NCBI GenBank assembly: GCA_026014495.1
Contig: JAOZIF010000066.1
Span: 1 to 12,315, forward strand
From: Candidatus Bathyarchaeum sp.
Lineage (GTDB): Archaea > Thermoproteota > Bathyarchaeia > Bathyarchaeales > Bathyarchaeaceae
DNA: 12,315 nucleotides
Direction of reading: 5' to 3'
Part shown: positions 6,363 through 12,315 of the stretch, in pieces
How the letters are laid out: every line of letters starts with the position of its first letter
How positions within the stretch are numbered: position 1 is the first letter of the stretch
Made by a program: the position numbers and the translations under genes
The notes under the pieces: generated by a model
Seen by the model: only the letters and a program-made list of their open reading frames with translations
The model's database searches: none
What the model was told of the DNA's origin: nothing

Positions 6363-6406
6363 TATTTAAAACATGCACCTGTATGGCTTGTAGAGAAATA
6401 TTATAA
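6363..6406. promoter_or_regulatory. Back-to-back archaeal TATA boxes for the divergent membrane-protein genes
   Basis: Minus-strand TTTAAATA (6370-6363). Plus-strand TATTATAA (6399-6406) preceded by purine-rich GAGAAA (BRE-like). Confidence 0.5.
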
Positions 6407-6433
6407 GCACTTCACACAAAAGCAGTAACTAAG

Positions 6434-6922
6434 GTGAATTGTTTGAACCAAAACAAGGAGTCACCACGCAAACCTCAAGAGGGTCTGTTCACCGCCATTT
6501 CTGTGGGCTTCACTTTGCTTCTTTTGGGAACCTTATTTGTTACCACACCTAACCTGTTTGGTTCCATAATTGATTTCTTTAAAGACTTAGGACTAGTTGA
6601 TGTCCCAAACACGGACATAATATTCATCGGACCAGAATCTTTAGACCTACACATGACCGTTTATACTGCTGTGGGGCAACTGAGCATAGCCGTTGCATTA
6701 TTTGAATTTGTAATGTTGGCACTACGGTTCGTTATTCCTTCCTCATGGGCAAAAAGGTCAGAAACAGCAGGCAACTTGGTTTACTGGACAGGCGCAGCAT
6801 TTCTTGTTCAAGCCTTTCTCATAGATAGCCAACATTGGTTCGTCTTCTGGTCTGCAATAATAATCGTTGTGGGCGTTTCATTGATTGCAAGAGCTGCTGT
6901 TAACGCGATTTCACGAATCTGA
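6434..6922 (+). CDS. Hypothetical membrane protein (about 4 TM helices)
   Basis: 162-aa ORF with several hydrophobic segments. The probable start is the TTG at 6443, after a GGTGA SD (6433-6437). Confidence 0.8.
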   Translation: MNCLNQNKESPRKPQEGLFTAISVGFTLLLLGTLFVTTPNLFGSIIDFFKDLGLVDVPNTDIIFIGPESLDLHMTVYTAVGQLSIAVALFEFVMLALRFVIPSSWAKRSETAGNLVYWTGAAFLVQAFLIDSQHWFVFWSAIIIVVGVSLIARAAVNAISRI

Positions 6923-6952
6923 CATTATTGTATCTAAAACCTACCGTGTCAT

Positions 6953-9070
6953 TTAAAACGAAAAACTAGGACCACATCGAGGACAACCGCCTGTATACTC
7001 AGAGTCTACAATTACCTGCTTGTTGGTAGCCACCTCTTTTGGTAACATTGGACCCACATACAAAACCTGCTCATTTTTGCTTCCATACCTGTAAACCGTT
7101 ATTCCTTTGCATTTTAGCTTGTAAGCCAGCAAATACACCTGCCTAACGTCTTCTACGGATGCTTCAGGTGGAAGATTCACAGTTTTAGACACCGCATTAT
7201 CAACATGCTTCTGGAAAGCCGACTGCATCCGCACATGCCACTTTGGTTCAATATCCAATGCTGTAACAAAAACGCGTTTCACTTCTTTTGGAACCTGTTT
7301 CATTTTTTGCACTGAACCTTGTTTTGCGACCTCCAGCATCAACTCTCTGCTGTAAAATCCCCTGTCTTTTGCTGCATCCTCAAATGTGGGCTGTGTTTCC
7401 AGCAGCCTTGTGCCCTCCATGACATTTCGAACAAAAGCAACTGCAAAAATCGGTTCTATTCCACTTGAGCAACCCGCAATTATGCTTATGGTTCCAGTTG
7501 GCGCAACTGTTGTGACTGTGGCGTTGCGTATTGTCTTGTAGCCCCGCTTTTCCCATAAACTACCCTTAAAGTTTGGAAAGGCTCCACGCTTCTCACCAAT
7601 TTCAACAGATTTCTTTGTAGCCTCATCACTGACAAACTTCATAACCTTCTCAGCTAAGGCTAACGCTTCCTTAGAATCGTATGGAACCCCCAACAGTATT
7701 AGCATGTCCGCAAAACCCATAACTCCCAAACCAATTTTTCTGTTACTGCGAGTTAGTTCCCCAATTTCAGGTATAGGATACCTGTTCACGTCAATCACAT
7801 TATCCAAAAAATGAACCGCAACTCTGACAACATTTCTTAATTTCTCCCAGTCTACATCTGCCTCTTTAACCATCTTACCCAAATTAACTGAGCCCAAATT
7901 GCATGACTCATATGGCAAAAGCGGCTGCTCCCCACACGGATTTGTGCTACGAATCTCTCCCACCTGCGGAGTTGGATTATGCCTGTTAATCTCATCAATA
8001 AACACAATTCCGGGGTCTCCGCTTCTCCACGCATTAGCTGCTATCAACTCAAAAACGTGACGAGCCCTCAGCTTTGTTTCAGCTTTTTTGCTTCTAGGAT
8101 TTACCAGACTGTATTCAGCATCATTTTTTACTGCATCCATGAACTCATCGGTGACCGCGACTGAAATGTTAAAGTTCGTTAGGATTCCTTCTCTGGACTT
8201 TACTTCAATAAACTTCACAATGTCAGGATGCGTGAAGTCCAGTATTGCCATGTTGGCTCCTCGTCTTCTGCCTCCCTGTTTAATCACGTTCGTTGCAGCA
8301 TCATAGATTGTCATAAACGAGACTGGACCCGAGGCTACACCCTTTGTGGAGCCTACTATGTCTCCTGCAGGTCGCAGCTTTGAAAACGAAAAACCTGTGC
8401 CCCCACCTGACTGATGGATTATTGCCATATGCTTTAGGGACGTGAATATTCCTTCTATTGAATCCTCCACAGGCAAAACAAAACAAGCAGAAAGCTGACC
8501 CAGTCGGGTGCCTGCATTCATGAGTGTTGGAGAATTAGGTAAAAACAGTCGCTCTGACATAACTTGATAAAACATTTCTTCAGTTTGTTCCACATCAGCG
8601 TTCTTGTCATAGATAACGTCCGCCCTAGCCACTGCCTTGGATACTCTGCGTAGCATCTCCCGTGGAGTTTCGATGACTTTGCCTTTTCCATCCTTCATGA
8701 GATACCTGTTTTTTAGCACCTGTATTGCATTGACTCCTAGCTTTAAATCGTCAACAACACCAAAAAACCGCTTATGCTCTCGGATTTCTGTGCGCTTTTG
8801 ACGATACAAAATGTATGCTTTAGCTACTTCGCCATAACCATCTCTGATTAGCACCTGCTCCACAATGTCCTGAATGTCCTCAACGCTGGGAACCTTGCCT
8901 TCAAAATGCTCGTTAAGAAGCCCTACAGCCTCATCTGAAATCTTTTTTGCTAGGCTCTCATCTCCCTTCCCGACGGAAGTTAACGCCTTAAAGATGGCAC
9001 CCGCTATCTTTGCTTCATCAAAAACTACTACCCTGCCATCCCTTTTGGTAACCTTAGAAACTCTAACCAA
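6953..9070 (-). CDS. nrdJ: Class II (adenosylcobalamin-dependent) ribonucleotide reductase with N-terminal ATP cone
   Basis: The ATP cone begins VTKRDGRVVVFDEAKI. RNR motifs are PNSPTLMNAG, SACFV, TNPCGEQPL (thiyl-radical Cys), ESCNLGS and VAPTGTIS. KGITVYRYGS is present and there is no class I Tyr-Tyr pair. There is a C-terminal CPRC and no adjacent beta subunit. Confidence 0.92.
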   Translation of the reverse strand: MVRVSKVTKRDGRVVVFDEAKIAGAIFKALTSVGKGDESLAKKISDEAVGLLNEHFEGKVPSVEDIQDIVEQVLIRDGYGEVAKAYILYRQKRTEIREHKRFFGVVDDLKLGVNAIQVLKNRYLMKDGKGKVIETPREMLRRVSKAVARADVIYDKNADVEQTEEMFYQVMSERLFLPNSPTLMNAGTRLGQLSACFVLPVEDSIEGIFTSLKHMAIIHQSGGGTGFSFSKLRPAGDIVGSTKGVASGPVSFMTIYDAATNVIKQGGRRRGANMAILDFTHPDIVKFIEVKSREGILTNFNISVAVTDEFMDAVKNDAEYSLVNPRSKKAETKLRARHVFELIAANAWRSGDPGIVFIDEINRHNPTPQVGEIRSTNPCGEQPLLPYESCNLGSVNLGKMVKEADVDWEKLRNVVRVAVHFLDNVIDVNRYPIPEIGELTRSNRKIGLGVMGFADMLILLGVPYDSKEALALAEKVMKFVSDEATKKSVEIGEKRGAFPNFKGSLWEKRGYKTIRNATVTTVAPTGTISIIAGCSSGIEPIFAVAFVRNVMEGTRLLETQPTFEDAAKDRGFYSRELMLEVAKQGSVQKMKQVPKEVKRVFVTALDIEPKWHVRMQSAFQKHVDNAVSKTVNLPPEASVEDVRQVYLLAYKLKCKGITVYRYGSKNEQVLYVGPMLPKEVATNKQVIVDSEYTGGCPRCGPSFSF

Positions 9071-9190
9071 CTACGCCCCCCTGTAATTACTGATGTTTCC
9101 TTTTACTTTAAGGTAATGAACACATTCTTTGCTGCCGGCTAGACAACTTGTAACTCCAAAAGAAACCGTTGTAATCTATACTTTGAGCGA

Positions 9191-9222
9191 TTAAAAACAA
9201 AAAAAAGAAGAAAAAGAGAAGA
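9191..9222 (-). terminator. Oligo-U archaeal terminator downstream of trpB2
   Basis: The minus strand reads TCTTCTCTTTTTCTTCTTTTTTTGTTTTTAA, starting about 11 nt after the trpB2 stop. Confidence 0.6.
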
Positions 9223-9233
9223 TGAGGGGTTGT

Positions 9234-10625
9234 TTATGCTATGTTGCTTAGTTCGTCATTGAGCCATGGGTATAGTGCTTTTAGTTTCTTCATTGCTTCG
9301 TTGACTTTTGCTTGTGGATACTCATATGGAAGCATATTGCCGTGGTTGTAGTCGTCGTAGGCTTTCATGTCAAAGTGTCCATGACCACACAACAGAAACA
9401 GAATCGTTTTTTCCTCGCCTGTTTCCTTACATTTTACTGCCTCGTCAATCGCAGCCTTTATCGCATGAGATGGTTCAGGAGCTGGAATTATTCCCTCAGT
9501 TTGCGTGAACAGTTTTGCTGCGTCAAATGCTTCAAGCTGGTTGTATGCTCTAGACCTGATAACGCCTTCATCTTTTAGCAAACTGACAGTTGGAGCCATT
9601 CCGTGATACCGTAAGCCTCCAGCGTGGATTGGTGCAGGTATGAAAGTGTGACCTACAGTGTGCATTTTGACCAGTGGAATGATTTTTGCCGTATCTCCAT
9701 GGTCGTATGTGTAATATCCTTTTGTAACTTTAGGACATGCAGACGACTCAACAGCTATGAACTCTGCCTCCTTTTCGGCTTTGCCTTTAACTTTGTCGTG
9801 GTAGTATGGCCAGTAAAGTCCTGAGAAACTGCTTCCACCGCCAATACAGCCGATGACCTGATCGGGATAATCGTCCACCATCGCCAATTGCTTTTGAGTT
9901 TCAAGACCAATAACCGTTTGATGAAGCAAAACATGGTTAACAACACTACCTATCGTATACTTCACATTATCAACAGTGAGCGCTTCTTCAACAGCTTCAC
10001 TGATTGCAATTCCAAGACTTCCGGTGCTGTCTGGGTCTCCCTCTAAAACTGCTCTGCCACTTTTAGTTCTGTTTGTTGGGCTTGGAAATACCTCTGCGCC
10101 CCAAGTTTCCATCATGATCTTTCGGTAGGGTTTTTGGTGATAGCTTGCGCTTACCATGTAAACTGTAGCGTCAATTCCAAACAACTGAGCGCTGAATGAC
10201 AATGCGGAACCCCACTGTCCTGCTCCAGTTTCGGTTGTAACTCGTTCCAGTCCCTCTTTTGCGGCGTAATAAGCTTGGGCGACGGCAGTGTTTGTTTTGT
10301 GGCTTCCTGCAGGGCTTACTCCCTCATATTTGTAGTATATTTTTGCTGGGGTCTTTAGTGCTTTTTCTAGACCAGTTGCCCTGAACAGTGGGCTTGGTCT
10401 CCAGATTCGGAGTGCTTCGCGTACTGGCTCGGGTATGTCTATCCACCGTTCCATGCTGTATTCCTGTTTGAGGCACTCTAGTGGAAACAGTGGAGGTGGA
10501 AGCTGCACTGGTTCCTTTGTTTGTGGATGAATCATGGGAGGTAATGGTTTGGGGAGGTCAGGTAGAATGTTGTACCACTGTTTTGGGATTTCGTTTTCGT
10601 CTAATAATATTTTTTTAGATGCCAT
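9234..10625 (-). CDS. trpB2: Tryptophan synthase beta chain, type 2 (TrpB2), PLP-dependent
   Basis: TrpB2-type N-terminal extension [21 protein letters not shown]-lysine motif [37 protein letters not shown] and LCGHGHFD. There is no adjacent trpA. Confidence 0.95.
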   Translation of the reverse strand: MASKKILLDENEIPKQWYNILPDLPKPLPPMIHPQTKEPVQLPPPLFPLECLKQEYSMERWIDIPEPVREALRIWRPSPLFRATGLEKALKTPAKIYYKYEGVSPAGSHKTNTAVAQAYYAAKEGLERVTTETGAGQWGSALSFSAQLFGIDATVYMVSASYHQKPYRKIMMETWGAEVFPSPTNRTKSGRAVLEGDPDSTGSLGIAISEAVEEALTVDNVKYTIGSVVNHVLLHQTVIGLETQKQLAMVDDYPDQVIGCIGGGSSFSGLYWPYYHDKVKGKAEKEAEFIAVESSACPKVTKGYYTYDHGDTAKIIPLVKMHTVGHTFIPAPIHAGGLRYHGMAPTVSLLKDEGVIRSRAYNQLEAFDAAKLFTQTEGIIPAPEPSHAIKAAIDEAVKCKETGEEKTILFLLCGHGHFDMKAYDDYNHGNMLPYEYPQAKVNEAMKKLKALYPWLNDELSNIA

Positions 10626-10679
10626 GAATGATCACTTTCTTTGTTGGATTTGAGAATTAACTTTTTTTACCCTGAAGCA

Positions 10680-10689
10680 TTTATATAAG
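10680..10689. promoter_or_regulatory. Palindromic TATA box, potentially shared by trpB2 and the trpY-like gene
   Basis: TTATATAA (10681-10688) reads the same on both strands and lies mid-way in the 102-bp divergent spacer. SD-like GAGGAG (10714-10719) serves the + gene and GTGAT serves the - gene. Confidence 0.65.
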
Positions 10690-10727
10690 CTTTGCCGACC
10701 AACAGTTTACCTTGAGGAGATATTTAC

Positions 10728-11231
10728 ATGTGGAGTCAAATCAAAGGATTTTTTAAGGATCTGCCTGCCCAACAGCGTGTTGCACAGCTCTTGTTTGAGC
10801 GAGGATTCCAAGTCCGCGAAGACGGAAAAGTTGTCAGCGGCGGAATAGAGATACCCCACACCCAAATCGGAAAGGAAGTTGGTGTTGAACGTCGAGCCGT
10901 AGACAGCACAGTGCAAACGATACTCTCAAAGAGCGAGTTGAAGAGAATTTACATGAACCTCACGCAGGTATGTTCACTGCAGGAAGTCGCTAGGGAATTT
11001 AACCTGAGCGTGATTGTTTTTGTTCCTGAAAATGCTAGCCAGACTGGAATCATAGCTGATGTCACAAAGATTGTGTCAGAAAATGGACTTAGCATAAGAC
11101 AGGCTCTGGCAGAAGACCCAAGCATAAGTGAACATGCAAAATTGACTCTGATTCTTGAAGGCGAAATTCCCTCAGATTTGATCGGCAAAATAAGAAAACT
11201 GCCCGGAACAAGAAGCATTACAGTATACTAG
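10728..11231 (+). CDS. trpY: TrpY-like regulator of amino acid metabolism (N-terminal HTH plus C-terminal ACT, COG2150-like)
   Basis: MW.QIK..F...P....VA, GK......IEI....I...VGV.RR.V..T...IL and G.SIRQA.A.DP match my recollection of Methanothermobacter TrpY. The ACT signature is GIIADVTKIVSENGLSI. It is divergent from a Trp gene. Confidence 0.8.
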   Translation: MWSQIKGFFKDLPAQQRVAQLLFERGFQVREDGKVVSGGIEIPHTQIGKEVGVERRAVDSTVQTILSKSELKRIYMNLTQVCSLQEVAREFNLSVIVFVPENASQTGIIADVTKIVSENGLSIRQALAEDPSISEHAKLTLILEGEIPSDLIGKIRKLPGTRSITVY

Positions 11232-11787
11232 ATTCTTTGCCAAAGTAGATTCTAAGTGCAGAGTACATTATCCATGCGAGGACAAGTTTTGATATTGTTT
11301 CTGGAACTGCGATGCCAATGTTGAATATGTTTAGTGCGTAAACTAGCCACGTGAACATTACGATAAGAAATGTGGCGAGTGCAAAAGCCGACCTTTTTTC
11401 ATAGCTGTAGACAATGGATGTAGCGCTTAGCATTAAAAAGTGGGGAACTGCTACTGCGTAATGAAGAGAACCGTACGACTCGTTGAACACTGCTAGTAGC
11501 TGGACAAAAAAGGTTGAGGCCAACAAACAGATGCTGCTGTATTTGGCGTGTTTTTTGAAAGCCGTTAATGAGTACAACATTAAGCAAAAACCTGCAAGTA
11601 ACAATCCAAAATTAAATGTTGACGCAACTTCGCTGTTGATTGCGTGTCCAAGGTCGCTTAAGGCGTTGGTTTCCCAGTTGAACTCTGGTGAAAGAGCAAG
11701 AGACACAATTATGGACATGTAAACCAGTAATGGTCCAATAATGCCAAACAGTGCATAAGCCCGATTTTGCATGTTCAGTCCGCTCAC
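11218..11787 (-). CDS. DUF998-like membrane protein
   Basis: About 5-6 TM segments and the motif FNWETNALSDLG...FNFGLLLAG. An alternative ATG lies at 11772. The 3' end overlaps the convergent trpY-like gene by 14 bp. Confidence 0.75.
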   Translation of the reverse strand: MSGLNMQNRAYALFGIIGPLLVYMSIIVSLALSPEFNWETNALSDLGHAINSEVASTFNFGLLLAGFCLMLYSLTAFKKHAKYSSICLLASTFFVQLLAVFNESYGSLHYAVAVPHFLMLSATSIVYSYEKRSAFALATFLIVMFTWLVYALNIFNIGIAVPETISKLVLAWIMYSALRIYFGKESSIL

Positions 11788-11830
11788 TGTATGGATTAGT
11801 TCTTTTGGATGCTTATAACAAAATTCCCTT

Positions 11831-12238
11831 TTAGGTGTAACTTCGGAACTTCACTTCCTCAGCGGTGCCTTCGGCGACTATTTTTTGTTCCAACTCTTCT
11901 AGTTTGCATTTGCATCTTGAAATATCTGCAATGACAATCCATTCAGCCGATTTTCCTCTACGTAATGTTCTGGATTCGCTGGATAGTAGGTCAACTCCCT
12001 GTGTTGCTAGTATGTTTGCGGCTTTTGCGAGGGCACCTGGGACGTCCGTGAATGTGATGCTTAGTTCGACTAGTTTTGCTTCTGGGTCGGCGAAGGGTGC
12101 GATTCGGAGTTCTTTTTTGTCTATGTCTGCTATTAGCATGACGTACATTCCTTCTGAGAGTTTTACGGCTTCTCGGATGGGTGATGGCATTGTGATTCTT
12201 CCTCTGGAGTCTACTCTGACTATTTCGGTCATTCGCAT
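11831..12238 (-). CDS. AbrB/MazE/SpoVT DNA-binding domain fused to an ACT domain
   Basis: N-terminal VRVDSRGRITMPSPIREAVKLSEG is canonical AbrB. C-terminal ITFTDVPGALAKAANILATQGVDLL is an ACT signature. A GGAG SD lies upstream. Confidence 0.85.
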   Translation of the reverse strand: MRMTEIVRVDSRGRITMPSPIREAVKLSEGMYVMLIADIDKKELRIAPFADPEAKLVELSITFTDVPGALAKAANILATQGVDLLSSESRTLRRGKSAEWIVIADISRCKCKLEELEQKIVAEGTAEEVKFRSYT

Positions 12239-12271
12239 GTTTGTGTTCTCCTATGTTTTGTTCTGGAAACC

Positions 12272-12281
12272 TTTATATAAG
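12272..12281. promoter_or_regulatory. TATA box upstream of the AbrB-ACT gene
   Basis: Palindromic TTATATAA (12273-12280) sits about 35 nt upstream of the ATG at 12238. The 10-mer TTTATATAAG is identical to the one at 10680-10689. Confidence 0.6.
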
Positions 12282-12315
12282 ATGTGCGGAATATGGGTTT
12301 CAACCCACAAATTAC

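Noticed and set aside
6953-9070. Intein or split gene in the ribonucleotide reductase
   Set aside because: The ORF is a continuous 705 aa with the catalytic motifs at ordinary spacing, and has no intein splice-junction or LAGLIDADG motifs.
9071-9233. Cobalamin riboswitch or NrdR box upstream of nrdJ
   Set aside because: I saw no B12-element consensus segments. The only symmetry is a short ACAA-C-TTGT, too weak to call, and much of the spacer is the trpB2 terminator.
7852-11722. Short track ORFs inside or across nrdJ, trpB2, trpY and the DUF998-like gene
   Set aside because: They are alternate-frame or antisense by-products of clearly identified genes.
1-12315. CRISPR array, rRNA or IS element
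   Set aside because: I saw no regularly spaced repeats, rRNA-like sequence or terminal inverted repeats with a transposase.

Overview
This is an archaeal chromosomal window. The gene content and small-protein families suggest Bathyarchaeia, but that is an inference. It opens with the 3' part of a tRNA-Val(GAC) and a PAP2-like membrane protein. Next is a ~1.9 kb patch of six small ORFs (Zn-ribbon and coiled-coil proteins); two are missing from the ORF track and three share an ungapped coiled-coil register. After that come a tandem AbrB-like protein head-to-head with a winged-helix regulator, two small helical proteins sharing a motif, a probable membrane-protein pseudogene, a short GH3-family acyl-adenylating enzyme and two membrane proteins. 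The right half holds a class II ribonucleotide reductase with an ATP cone, a trpB2/trpY-like divergon, a DUF998-like membrane protein and an AbrB-ACT regulator. I saw no CRISPR array, integrase, transposase or intein. All family calls come from motif recognition by eye and need HMM confirmation.
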